Below, piece after piece: positions 37,845-51,195 of a DNA stretch of 64,000 nucleotides. Origin of the DNA: Spirogloea muscicola (Eukaryota); NCBI GenBank assembly GCA_009602725.1, contig WELB01000028.1, positions 647,972-711,971 of the forward strand, given 5' to 3'. A model generated the notes under the pieces. It was not told the DNA's origin and made no database searches. It saw nothing but the letters and a program-made list of their open reading frames with translations. Each line of letters begins with the position of its first letter. Position 1 is the first letter of the stretch. Made by a program: the position numbers and the translations under genes.

Positions 37845-38830
37845 AGAAGTGGCTCTCCCAATGGGGGCAAGGGCTGTGAGAAGCCAGCCCGAAAAGAATT
37901 GACAAGTTTCGAAGGGGCCAAACTACGAGCTAAGCAGCGACTGCGGGGCCTGAAGAGGCTATGGCAGAACGGGGGAGGATGGACCACTTAGTAGTTACGA
38001 GTGAGGAGCCTCACATCCGACAGACTAGCTGCCGGTAAACTATCCCCCTGACGAAAGCCGGAGGCCGCAGCGAGAGCACGGCCAGCACGCAGATGCAAGG
38101 CGTGGGCCATGGACCGCTGGAGGGAGACGGACAAGCGCATACGATACACCTGAGCCCACGAGCCAGCGGCGTTGAAGTCAGCCGGCTCACCGCGCCTGCG
38201 GGACACAGCGCGCCGTGCAAGCCTGGCCAACAGGTCGAGCCAGTGGGATCCGAGAGCCCCATGCACGTCCACAGCCAGGGGGACGAACTCGTCACTGGAA
38301 CTGGAAAAAGCCAGCCCAGAAAAGAATGAACAAAGGACGAGAAGGGGCCAGGGGAAGTACGAAGAACAACAAGCACAGAAAAGAAACGAAACAGCTACGA
38401 AGCACTCAGTAACCCGAAGCACTCAGTAACCCGCAAAAGCAGGATACTAGTCTCCAAGACGGCGCGCTGTGTCCCGCAGGCGCGGTGAGCCGGCTGACTT
38501 CAACGCCGCTGGCTCGTGGGCTCAGCTTTATCGTATGCGCTTGTCCGTCTCCCTCCAGCGGTCCATGGCCCACGCCTTGCATCTGCGTGCTGGCCGTGCT
38601 CTCGCTGCGGCCTCCGGCTTTCGTCAGGGGGATAGTTTACCGGCAGCTAGTCTGTCGGATGTGAGGCTCCTCACTCGTAACTACTAAGTGGTCCATCCTC
38701 CCCCGTTCTGCCATAGCCTCTTCAGGCCCCGCAGTCGCTGCTTAGCTCGTAGTTTGGCCCCTTCGAACCTTGTCAATTCTTTTCGGGCTGGCTTCTCACA
38801 GCCCTTGCCCCCATTGGGAGAGCCACTTCT
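37845..38830. mobile_element. Two near-identical 372-bp RLE retro 3' ends in inverted orientation (37845-38216 minus, 38459-38830 plus)
   Basis: Both encode RRGEPADFNAAGSWAQ.YRMRLSVSLQR..SDVRLLTRNY-stop plus the UTR. Paired coordinates sum to 76675. Confidence 0.92.
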
Positions 38831-40087
38831 CCAAGACGGCAGCAAGAGGCGCAACTACCCCGTAGGATGATGACTAAGTAACCTTTAGTTAGCAGCCGCA
38901 AGTCAGAAAGGGCGCGATGAGAAAATTTCTGAAGGACATTGAGGAGAAGGCCTTAAAGGGCAGCCTCCCCGGGGCAGCGGGGGATCACGCGTCAAGGCGG
39001 CTGTGCCGATATTCTGGGCCCCGTTATTCCAGGCTGGGGCCGCCGCTTCGTGCGGCGATGGCCGCGCCACCAATCTCGGCGGCATTGACCACGCGAGCAA
39101 GCAAGCGCGGCCAGATTAACTGGTGGCTGGGAGCAAGGCGTGTAAAAAAGAAAGTGCTCTCCCATAGGTGGGGTCTGGGTGGTACAAGGGGCACGGGCTA
39201 AGCTTGTGGCAGCAGCAGAAGGAAGGCATCGCAGGACGTTGAGGAGGATGCTGGAGTTTGAGAGCATTGGGTGGGATTTGGGCAAGAGTCATCTCCATCA
39301 GCATAACAGAATCCACCATTTGGGGTCGCTATGCACGCCTTGTCGTGCCATATCCCGTCGGTGGCTCGTTACTGCTGTACATTTGACAATGATGGTGACG
39401 GGCTGCACGCATGGACATATAAGGGGGACTGATATTTAGGTCTATGGTGAAAGAAATCGAGAAATTGTGAGCTTTCTAAAGGGGGCGAGGGCTGTGAAAA
39501 GCCAGCCCGAAAATAACAGACAAGGTCCGAAGGGGCCAGAAAAGGTTGCAAGCACGGCACCTCCAGCTTAGCTTTGATTGAGGCATATACCCTATCTGCC
39601 AGTGCCACAAATGGCATCGGTGCACAGAATCATGCTGCCATCGCTCAAAGAGAAGCCCACGAAGTAGCCAAAACGCCCAGAAGCCGGCTCCAAGGGATGT
39701 GACTCACTTTGACAAATTGTCGTGGGTCGGTTCCGGTTAGGCAGTGGCAGGGTCATGGTAGGCAACTCGTGAATATGATGGTCGTGCAACACTGGCCATT
39801 AGGACCAGGGCTGCCAATTTGGCCAGACGGACCCAAAAGATTAATACGAAGTAAGCTCTTCCAAAGGGGCTCAGCCCAAAACACATTCTGATTCATTTGG
39901 GTGAGTGCAGGTCAAAGCATGCAACAGCTCCCAGTCTAGAGGGAGCTGACCACTATTTGTGCACATAAGAGCCTGAGTGCTGGCCACATTGAATTGAGTA
40001 CTCTCAGAGAGTCGTGTTGCGATTTCAAGTCCATGCAACTCTGCTGAAGAGTGCATCTTAATGGACAAGCCTTCCAATATAATGCAG

Positions 40088-43000
40088 ATTAAGCGGATAG
40101 TTCCCCGCTTTGCTGGCGAGATTGCCCCTCTTACAGATCCTCTCTATTACGATCAATCGGTAAGTGACCACATACACATGCAGACTCTTTGTCGTCTGCA
40201 ACAGTCACGAAAGTCAAAGTCCAAGCCGATCCTTTGTTGACCCCTGATGTTATTCCTGCTTGCTGCGGCCATGCAGTATATCTGGAAGCCTGCCCGCCGA
40301 GCTTGGGATGAGTGGCACTCTCACCGACCTTTTGGTTTCCGACAACAAGTACATTGAAATACTGCACTCCTCTTGAAGCTTGTGTGATGTTGTGGCTGGC
40401 ACATAGCATTGTGCTTTGTTTCATCAAGAGCGTTCCCCTGCATATCGATGTCAGCCTAAGGAATGTTTGATGGGGAGAACCCTAATTCTGACACATGCCT
40501 GAACAGGCTGACAGGCTCCCTGCCACCAGCAACTAGCAGTTGCCAAAGTATGACAGACCTTGAGCTTGACAACAACAAGTGCGCAGTCCTGCCTTTGCTC
40601 TTTTACTTAATGTCACACGTGCTGCACATCAAGCTCAACTCTACATAATCATGCAGCTTGTGCCATCTCGAGAAGCTAAAGTGTATGACTGTGCTATATC
40701 GACAGCCTTACTGGTCCGATTCCGCCTGGATATGGCAACCTTACCAGCTTGAACTCCTTCGTGGCGTTCAACAACAGGTGCGCTGATTAACAGAGTACAA
40801 AGACTATGCAGTCGATATTCAGGGGACTAAGCCTCTGTTACAGTGGCATGTGGATGTGAAGCCACGCACGAAAGAGTCACAGGACCTCCAAGCAGCTCAA
40901 ATAAACGGCCATGCGTTTGTATGCTTTCTTGCGCAGCTTAACAGGTAGCCTCCCACCCGAGCTCAGCCACTGTAGGTCACTTGACTCGCTTGACCTTAAC
41001 AGCAACAGGTACTCCTCATCTAGCCCAACAAGTGGACTCCCCAAAAAGTTTGTTGTAAATCATCTCACGACCAGCTGTTAGTCCTACTTAATTTGGCATG
41101 TAACTTTCCCTCTTGTGCGCAACATGATCTGATTAAATAGGCATTGTCATTCACTGTGTAAGCCTGCAGTGTCAGAAGTGTGTCACAAACAGTGAGGCTC
41201 TGTACAGTGGTGTATTGATACCCATCGGGCTTCAGGCTTCTGATAAAGAATTATGAGAGAGACACGCTGCATCTCAATTTCTGATTCTGCAGTAGTAGAA
41301 GTCTGTCACATAAAGTGGGGCTCTGCATGATTGTGTACTGACTGTCACATTCTTCATGCTTGTGGAACCTGTGAGAATGCTGCTCACAGTCTCTCATACC
41401 TTTTTCACAAACTCATTGGGCCCATCCCTCCAACATATGGCAACTTGGCAAATTTGTCATACCTCTCATTGTCTTCCAACAAGTGGGCAATACTCATATG
41501 TTGTCGACTGGTCATTTGGCATTGATGAATCCTGAACCTGACAGTTTCCATGTACCTTCCATAAAGTCAGGATACAAACCATCGTAGTCATCTGAGCACG
41601 GCATTGTTTTATAGAGCCCTTCATTTTGTACCAACTACAGATTATCGGGCGGCATACCGAAGAAGCTAAGCAAGTGCAAAAAGCTCCGGTACCTGAGCCT
41701 GAGCTTCAAGTTGTAAGGGGTCTCTTGCTGCCCATGTCAACTGCTTGGGTGACTATTCAGTTTCTCAAGGAGGCATGTGTACGTGGCTCTAGACTCCACT
41801 CTCGGTGTACCTTCCAAGATCTTATTTGTCCACAGTATGTCCAACACCAACCCTAATAGCTCATGAGGTGGCACTGTGCATATTAAACATTGCAGGCTTG
41901 TTGGAGGGGTACCGCAAGAGCTTGGGGAGCTGCCTAATCTCCTCATCTTCCAGGCAAGCAACAACAGGTGATAGAAGCAAAAGGTTTGAGAGTTTTGCAG
42001 CAAATTACAGCATGTGACTGTAGATTTTTGCGAAAGGTTATGATTCTCATCACGCCTGCAGTGTCAGGCCAACTGGATATGGTGTGCTGTTTCAGTCTTT
42101 GCTATGTATGAGGTCGACCTTGCAGGTGTCAGATCACCCACTATCAAATGCTCGTTTGTGTCAGCTTGGAGGGTGGAGTGCCACCAGAGCTTGCAAATTG
42201 CAGGAAAATGGTCAACCTGATCCTGAGCTACATCAGGTGCTGAGCTAAGACTGCGTCTTCATTGGAGCCATTGCTTGCCTGAGTTACCATGCCAGCAGAT
42301 ACATAAATTGCAGAAGAGTTGCAGCTGGCATTGTCATTTAGCGGGTCACTCGCACTTACTGGCAGGTTAAGTGGCCTTGTGCCGCCTCAGTTGGGGAGAC
42401 TTGTGCTGCTCAACGAGCTGAACTTAGAAGAGCTCTAAGTTAATGGACCGATCCCGACAACCTTCTCCAACTTGAAGAATTTTGCAAGCGCTGGCGATGG
42501 AAAATAACAACTTCTCTGGCCCATTCCCAGAGTGGCTTGGCAACCTAAGCAGTGCATCGAGTATTTACCTAGGTTACACCAACTTGATCGGAGGAGTACC
42601 TGCGAGCATTCAAAGTGCAAAATGTCTAAGTTCTTGATATCTCCAAGAATTGCCTAACTGGCAGTCTACGCTCATTATATTCTCGGCTGCAAGCAACTCA
42701 TTCAGCGGGCCCATACCGCAGGGTATTGGCAACTTGCCGAGTCTTACCTACCTCGATCTTTCCAACAATGACCTCAATGGCAGCATCCCGGCGTCCTTTG
42801 CTAATTTGAATCTTACTTCCTTCTTGAACGTCTCAGATAACAACCTCAATGGGCCCATTCCTGGGGGTTCTTTTTATCAGTACAGCAGCAGCTCCTTCTC
42901 TGGCAATGGCGCCTTGTGTGGCGGCCCTTACGTGGCCTGCAAGACATCTCCCCCACCTCGTTCTCTTCCTTCTTCCCCACCACCTCCAGTGCACAAGCCA

Positions 43001-44050
43001 TCGAGCTTATCAGGGGGGGCAATTGACGGCATTGTTGTCGGTGCTATTGTCCTCCTTCTCCTCCGGGATTGCACCGGCTGTGTTGCTTAGCTTGGAAGAA
43101 GGACAAAACTATGACAGAGAAGGAGCGGAGCATCAAGAACTTCTGCTCCGAGTTGTCCATCACTGAGGATAGACTCCAAGCTCCCTTCACCTACGAGGAG
43201 CTCATGGTTGCAACTGATGACTTCAATGACGACCACATTGTTGGCGAAGGCGGCTACAGGAAAGTCTATGGGTATGTACATTGCCCTGCTTGCAAGCGGT
43301 GTGTTATTCTTGATGTTTGTTGTCCTGGTCATTCTTATATCCTTAGCTCTTTCTTATCCTATGGCAAACTTTCACTCCGATGCAACATTCTGAGCAGTGC
43401 GCAGATGAGGGATGGGCAAAAGTATGCCGTGAAGAAGCTGGCACCAGTCAACAAGCAAGGACTGAGATCGGTGAAAGCTGAGGTGGAGACATTGAGTCGC
43501 ATTCATCACCGCCATCTGGTCCCTCTACGGGGCTGGTACATCCCTAAGGACAGCGACGTGGACATGCTGCTCAACTATCCATTCTTGCCTGGCGGGAATC
43601 TTGACCAATTGGTGCACGGGGGAAAGGGCGCGCCAACAAAGCTAGAAGGGTTTGATCACTGGGCTGCACGTAAGCAGGTCATCTTGGGTGCAGCAGTTGG
43701 GCTTAAGTAGCTGCATCACGATTGCGGAACTCGGGTGCTGCATAGGGACGTCAAGCCATGCAACACCTTCTTGGATGAACATGGTCAAGGCTACGTGGCG
43801 GATTTTGGGCTTGCACGAATCTTTCAAGCACATGACACTTCTTGTCAACCATGGCTGCAGGTAACTCCCGATGCCCTCCAATGTCCGTTTCTCTGGCATC
43901 GTGCAAGGAAAATGTGTTGACACATGCTGGTAGAGGCACCTCAGACTGCCTGGCAATCCCTATGGGTCATCTTTCCTGCAACTCATGACGGGTCACGATG
44001 ATGCACATGGGCAGGCACAGTCGGGTGTGTCGGTCCAGACTGCGCCCAAG
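40088..44050 (+). pseudogene. LRR-RLK copy E, inverted paralog of D, multiply disabled
   Basis: Nine 72-nt exons in the same order as D (starting 40088 with in-frame TAG, 40277, 40507, 40706, 40937, 41411 with a CAA acceptor, 41641, 41896, 42165). The large exon from 42366 is frameshifted, there is a TAG at 43708 in the kinase, and the gene is truncated after GTVGCVGPDC. Confidence 0.9.
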
Positions 44051-45439
44051 CGCCGAGCTTGACCAAGCTGAGAAAGTATTTGTCCAGTAAGCCTGACATT
44101 CAAGAGCAAAGACTGCTCTTTGAGCATCCAGCTGGCTGGTTACCTAAGCTGGCTCGTTTGATTAGCTCTCAAAGATGAACTAGACGATATGGTCAACAAC
44201 AAATCGGTTTCGTCAGTGGAGACAAGGCAGACATCATCAAGTAGCAGATTGACTCATGATGACCTCATCAACTCATTCAGGAGATGTCTTTAACAACGCA
44301 CCTGTTGTAGCTCAGGTGTAGGAGAGTGAGGCTCAAAGATTGCCCACTATTAGAGTGAGTGAGCTTCTGCTCACCGGCCCCCCTTTGTATAGACTGAAAG
44401 AACGCAAGACACGGGCACAGGGGCCCCCGGCGGGTAGCCCGCTGGGAGTCCGAGGGGGTCAGCTGCAGAGCCAGCCCAAAGGTGTTCGTTAAGCTAGTCG
44501 GGCAGGGGCCGGCTCGAAGGACTACACTACAACATACTGCAGAACACAGAAACGATGCAGAGGAAAGCTCAGTACCCACGAGTGAGCAACATCAGGTCTG
44601 AGTAGCTCGCTGCAGGGAAAGAGGCGCTCCGCCGAGACCCAGAGGCGGCGGCTCGAAGGTGCCCGTTAAGCTGGTGAGTCCACAGGCGTGAGACACACTC
44701 ACACGTGTGATCTGCCTACGTGTCACCTGACGGTCCGGGCAAGCCGCCCCTGGAAGCGACAGGCGCTTCCCTAAGTGGGTCACTTTTAGATAATATGAAG
44801 ATAACGAAAAGGAGCTAATGCAAATATTCTAACAGCTCTTTGGCTGCTGCTTCCGAGGTCCGTCAGGGCGACGTTTTCCCGCCCTTCAGTCAGTCCGACT
44901 TGCACTCATTGACTAGATGTTAGTGGGCGCCCACTTGCTGACGTCTTGATATTTTTTTGCGCCATTCGGCCCCTTCAGACCAGGGGACCCGCTTTCAGGA
45001 ACCCAGTCTCTCTGACCTGAGGCTGCTTAGCAGGGGTTACTGAGTGCTTCGTAGCTGCTTCGTTTCTTTTTTGTGCTTGTTGTTCTTCGTACTTCCCCTG
45101 GCCCCTTCTCGTCCTTTGTTCATTCTTTTTTGGGCTGGCTTTTTCCAGCCCCTATCCTCAATGGGCGAGCCCTTCATCTTCAGATCTTGTCCACATAGCT
45201 TTGGGCTGGCCTCTCACAGCCACTGCTAGTCAATATGGAAGATTCGTTCCTTTCCACGGCCAGCCACCCGCTAGCTTGTCACTTTTTCCGCACTTCTTCT
45301 TCTGCTTCTTCGACCGGGCTGGCTGTTCACAGCCCTCGCCCCTTTTGGGAATGCCACTTTCTTAGCTTACTTCTCTTAGCTCCAGAGTGCCCGGAAGAGC
45401 CCAGCAGCTGCTGCTCGGAGTGTAGCTAAATCGAAGATG

Positions 45440-46470
45440 AGCGCGCCCATAGAAAAGAGGGACTGGCCAAGCCAGCCCAAAAAAGAATGGACAATGTCCA
45501 AAGCCAAAGCAAGAGGAGCCGGAGAAAGGACTACACTACAACATACTGCAGAACACAGAAACGATGCAGAGGAAAGCTCAGTACCCACGAGTGAGCAACA
45601 TCAGGTCTGAGTAGCTCGCTGCAGGGAAAGAGGCGCTCCGCCGAGACCCAGAGGCGGCGGCCATAGCACGGCCTGCGCGCGTATGGACGGCGTGGGCAAG
45701 GGAGCGTTGAAGCGATACGGCCAGGCGCATGCGGAAGACTTGTGCGAGCGACCCGGCGGCGTTGAAGCCGGGCATCGCCCCTGGCAGACCCGGCCGCCGG
45801 TCAATGGCCTGGCGAGCTAGCCGCTGAATGAGATCCAGCCAGCGGCTGCCGACAGCCCCGTGTACATCCATCGCCAGGGCCGCGAATTCATCCCCCACCG
45901 GGTGATCAGCGTATTTTCGCTCCTTGCCGCGGGCCGCCTGGCCGACCGCGTGCCCTACGACGCCGATCTGGTGGGGTTGGCGGAGTCGATGCAGTCTGTT
46001 GTCACCACATCAGCGATGATGCGGGGACCGCCGCCGGGAGCAAGCGCGGCCAGATCAACTGGTGGCTGGGAGAGGCCAGCCCAAAAGAATGGAATCGCCG
46101 GGAGGGATGGCGACCAGGTCAGCGCGTCGCGTATGGGCCTGGCCGTCCGCGCCCAGCTGAATGGGCATGATTGAGGAGTTCTCTACCGCAACCTAGAAGC
46201 CCGCCTCCGAAAACACCCCCTGCATACCGTCGCGCAGGAGGTCATCGGAAGCGGTCCGCTCCCCCCCGTGGGCGCAACGGAGCATGTGGGCGGCCAGCTC
46301 CGCAAAATCATCGTGTCGGGCACCGCACTCGCATTGAGGGACGCCCACGAGGCAGGGGGGAAGGAGGCCCAAGAGCCGGTGGACCGCCGTCCGGAAGACC
46401 TTGTCAGGCGTTGTGTGCGCCGCGTGGAGTGGAAGTGCCAATAGCCACGCCGCCGCCCCAGGGGAGGGTG
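45440..46470 (-). mobile_element. 5'-truncated RLE non-LTR retrotransposon, same subfamily as 6215-7440, with a nested short 3' end at about 46040-46095
   Basis: CECGARH..HMLRCAHG..DLLRD, RLAVSLQR, SDLMLLTRGY-stop at 45578, and a UTR near-identical to 20045-20200. Confidence 0.85.
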
Positions 46471-48106
46471 GAGCTCCCTCTCCCAAGAAACAAGCACAAC
46501 AAGAAACAAAGCAGCTACGTATTACTCAGTAACCCCTGCTAAGCAGCCTCAGGTCAGAGAAGCTAGGCTCCTGGAAGTGGGTCCCCTGGCCGGAGCCAGA
46601 GGCAGCAGCGACGGCTCTGCCGGCTCGCAGGTGCCAGCGCGCGGGCCAAAGACCTCTGCAGCGAGACGGCCAAGCGCATCCGGTACACCTGCGCTAGCGA
46701 CCCGGCTGCAGGAAAGTCCACTGGCTCCCCATGGAAGCGGCAGCGGCAGCGGCAGCGGCAGCGGATCTCCCGGGCGGCAGCTGAGTGGCCGCACGACGCG
46801 GCGAGCAGGCCGGGGCCGCAGGCGGCGCGGCCGGGTCCCAGGATCACTGCTGTAACGGACGAGTGGTCACAACTAGCATGGTGCTGAACTGGGTCAGGAT
46901 ACTCGTAAGTAGTCGTACAGACGATGCTTTCGCTTGGACGACACTCCTAGTAGGGACGTTTCACCATCTGGGCAGCACCGCCACCGACAGGCCGGAATTC
47001 GGGCACCTGGCCTGGCGACGACGCCGCCACGGCCACCACCGGGCGGAGATCGAGGGCACCTGACCACGGCGGCGGCACCGCGTCGGGAACTAAGGGCTCC
47101 CTCTCCTAGATCAGACATGTATATGTACGGAGGGCCTAAGTGCCAAAAAGTTGTCGAAGGTAAGCACATCAACAGATTGTTATCACCTGCTGGTAAGCTG
47201 ACCCGCTCAATAACCACGAGTCCGCACGTAGAGGTCGCTAACTGATTCCCATATATTGGCTGGCGAATGACAAATCGCTTTGCCACCAACTTAAACTCTA
47301 CCAGCTTTCTGGTGCACAGCGTGACACTGACTTGCCTCGACTGCAAATGGCAAGGCAGGTCTCATGCTCTCAGTGGTGATATGGAAAGGAGAGATGGGAA
47401 TCCTCTTACTGATCTGACGTTGATTCAAAAGCACGCAGAGCACAGCTTGACTTGCATAGGTCCAATAAAATCCAGTTGTCTTGCTTGTAGCCTCAATAGT
47501 GCTAGCTTGCTGGTGATGTCAACGTATGCATATCCTTTGTATGTTCTGAAGAAGTCACCTCCCATAGATCACACGGTCTACTTAATGCCGTACTCCTTAA
47601 ACAAAACAGTGAGGTGACTCGTTCAAGGTGCGCAAATATTTCGGCGAAGATGCAATAGCAGCCAGGGCTACTTGGCCGAATGTAAGTAGCAATACTTCGG
47701 AAAGGAAACGATGCTGCATGACATGAAAGCTGTCTATTTCAACAAAGACTCGATTCCCACACGCAGTGGCTTTAGCAAGCTGGATAAGCCATCAGCTAGT
47801 TGCAACCTAGCTGTGACTACTTGTGTAACCAGATGGCCCCTACTTGGGCTCGCAACGTCATCTGGTCCAAATGCGTCAGCAATGTCTGTGCCACATATGA
47901 TCATCTGTCCGCGACACCGTTGCTGGACACACTCAAGCAGAAAACTCATCTATAAGGTCAGGCCTCTAAAGGCTGGGGGAAAACAGGAGCCGAGCAAGAA
48001 GTCAGTAGTCCTCCGCATGCTTTGCTCAGCATCAAATTCTGCAGTAAGCAAGTGATTGCACGCTCAGCGATTATCGCAGACTGGAAACCAGTGTGCACCT
48101 GAGCAG

Positions 48107-49990
48107 CTATGGAAGGAGCTTATCGGCATCCGCTCTGGACTGCTGCAGTTGCTGTTGTCCTGCTTGGCTGCCTTGCCATTTCAGGTACTGCTGCCGACTG
48201 GCCTGGCGCCGATCCTTGGGATCCATGTGACTCCGCCGCCGCTCACGGGTGCCCTCGTCGTGGCCAGCTGTCTGCCAGTTGAGTTCCTCGGAGCTCGTGA
48301 AAGTGAATGGGTCAGCAAACATGTCATCAGCAGCTCCTGCCTTTGGGGCCTGAATCAAGTGGCACACAGGTCTGCTCAATCTTCTATGTGAATCGAGGAA
48401 ATGTCAGCAAGTATGTCAGAGACTTGGCCACATTTAAGAACATGGGCATGATATTGCTCAGGAGCTAATGTCCAAGATTGGAATTGGTTGAGCAAGCACT
48501 GTAGTTTCCAGAGGACCATATGCACTAAGCTTGATAGAAGGCTGACCAATAAGTGTAGTTTCCATGCCTTGGCAGACCTTTGCTTTCTGTCCCAAAGATA
48601 AATACAGCTAGCAAGAAATTTGATCAGTGGACTCAGGGATGGTACCAGACTGACTATTCAAGTGGCTTCGTCTCACCTGTAAGGATCTTTGTCCTTGCAG
48701 GTCAGGTTCTCGAAGCTGTTGAACCTGCTCTGCCCTGCCCACATCGGCCGTTTGCCAAGAGCCGTGATCCAGGCCGTTTGGCTCCACCATGCTACCTTCT
48801 TGCACACCATACTCCACACTGTCTGTCGCCTGGGGCCGTGTGCCAGGGAATGGCAGCCGCGGCGGCGCTCGGTATCCGCGATCGTCAAGAGCAGGCTGGG
48901 CAGACCCAGCAGCCTGACGCCGCTGCTGAACCACCTTTAAAGCCGGGTGGTTGGGGTTGTCTGCCTCAAGGCTGCATCCATGCGCATAGACGATGGCCAT
49001 CCAGCAGCACCGCACAGCATCAGCCAGGCCCATAATCCTGCAAAGCAGATGCATTGGGTATTGTGGATACAGAAGGGAGTCACCGACATGGCAATGAGCT
49101 CGCCACATATCGGGCTATTCTCCAGCTTGAGCAGCTGCTCAATGCATTTGGCCTCTCCGCCCCGCTGGGATAGCCCGCCCAGCCCCAGCGCCAGCACTGC
49201 TTGCATGCACCAATTTGCATGGGCTGGCCATCAGCATGAGGGTCTGACAGGAAAATCTGTAGAAGTTGGCAGCTGTCTGTGTGATTACATCTGGGCAGCG
49301 CCACAAGCTTTGGCATACCAACGTCCCTTATGTGACATGCGCCATTCATTGCTAGGGGATGTGAACGTTGACCACAGGAGGCCATTAGCTCGAGGCTTCA
49401 CACAAGACAGGTGAATTCGTGACTATACCGAGCACAGAGACGCCCCTTACTAGAAAGCTCCTCCTCTCAGTAACTGCAAGCAAGTATAGCGAAGCAGGCC
49501 TTGAATGTCAGCGATGACTGACATTATGCAGTTGTGCTGGAAGAACTTCAGGAGCGCAGCGTACCTACTTCAGAAGAGCCTGGTTTTGCAGTCTGGTGCT
49601 TGGCCTTTGGCTCGTGACAATCGTAGGATAAAGGGTTGCTAATGTCTGGTGAGCACTGGCAGGGGGGTCTGGCAGACAGTGACGCAGTACAGCAACTCAC
49701 ACCACCACCCGATGCAGCTGCCAGTGACAACACCCTGCAGCCAGCCGGACCGCACCGAGTCACGGCACCCCACCAGCTCCTTGACCTCAGCTGGCGACAG
49801 CTTGTACTGCGTGCGGCCAGGGCGAACCAGAGCGCCACAGACACAGCGCTCAGCGAAAATTGGACAACAAGCAACCAATCAAACAATAACTAAAATGGCG
49901 ATGCGAAGGTGGAGAGGAGCTGGGCAGCTGTAAGCCCACCTCATGGCGTGCCTCATAGAGGCGGCCCATAAGCTGCGCGAGCGGCCGTGG
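48107..49990 (-). CDS. Possible multi-exon gene of unknown function
   Basis: Repeat-free region with plausible coding segments (IMGLADAVRCCWMAIVYAHGCSLEADNPNHPALKVVQQ; DDMFADPFTFTSSEELNW..RQQYLKWQ) ending near GT donors. No recognisable domain. Structure not resolved. Confidence 0.35.
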
Positions 49991-51195
49991 CCGATTCTGC
50001 GCAGCTCGAGCCGGCAGTGGCGCCTGCCGTTGCTCAGAGGTGGCCATGGGGAGGCAAGACCCCTAAACCCCTCCCTTCCCTCTGCACTGGTCAGCCCGAC
50101 TCTGAGCTCCGCCGTCCGACTCAGCTGGGCTTGCCTTCAGCTCCTCGATGCAGCTGCTCAGCTCGCTCGACTCGTGCTTCTGAGCTCATGAGCGAGCTAG
50201 CAGGTGTGGAAGCCCAGGGCGGCGGATGTGCATGGGGCTCGTGAATGGAAAGGAAGGTAGGGCAGCAAGAGAGAGAGAGAGAGAGAGCCAGGCGGGACAG
50301 AGTGCAAGAGGGGCGACTAAGCGTCGTGGAGGTCGAGTGCGCAGGTGAAGAGGAGGAGAGTCGCTTCTGCGAGGAAGGGTGGGGTCGAGAAACAGAGGTA
50401 GAGATGAAGGGGCGCTTCAGAAGGAGAGAGAAGTGGCACTCCAAATGGGGGCAAGGGCTGTGAAAAGCCAAGCCCGAAAAAGGATTGACAATCGTTCGAA
50501 GGGGCCAAATGATGGAGGGGCCTAAACAGAGAAAGAAGTGGCTCTCCCAATGGGGGCAAGGGCTGTGAGAAGCCAGCCCGAAAAGAATTGACAAGGTTCG
50601 AAGGGGCCAAACTACGAGCTAAGCAGCGACTGCGGGGCCTGAAGAGGCTACGGCAGAACGGGGGAATTACAGCGCTAAGCAGCTACGAAGGGGCCTGAAG
50701 GAGAGAGAAGCGAGCGAGATTAAGCACGAAGGAATTTGAGCGAGCGAGTGAGACAGAGGAATGAGGTTGTGCGGGCCAGAGTGGCCAAGTACAAAGGCGA
50801 GCAGATTGACAGGTGTAACATCACCTGCTGCTAAGCTGACCCGTTCAGTAACCAACAGAGGGGGGGGGGGGGGGGGGANGGGGGGGGGGGTCGAGAGGCC
50901 ACTTTCTTTATCAAGAAAAGAGAGTGCGGCTGCTGATATTCAGAGAGCCGCTGTCAAAGCCGGCAAGGTACGTGCAGAGGGTGTTCATGACAACAGCTTC
51001 GGAGCACCTGCGCTTGCTGCCGGCGGGCGTCCCGTGCTTGTGATGGCAGCCGGGCATGGGGGAGAGGCGGTGGCCCGCCTTGCTCGAGCTCGGCGGCCGG
51101 CAGCTCCTCACAGCAGGTAGCCCTCGGCCGGGCTTTCAGGAAATGCCCGCAGCGACCCGAGTGGCTGGCCGTCAGACCACCACGACCCATTGGTC

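Noticed and set aside
38740..38830. HDV-like ribozyme in the structured UTR
   Set aside because: I could not assign P1/P1.1/P2/P3 pairings, and the motif is at the element's 3' end rather than the 5' end.
44297..44350. Orphan LRR exon fragment on the minus strand (LTLLHLSYNR plus donor)
   Set aside because: Too short and degenerate to call as a separate gene copy.
50859..50890. Poly-G tract as a G-quadruplex
   Set aside because: It contains an N and probably marks a scaffold join, so its length is unreliable. Another N lies at 57278.
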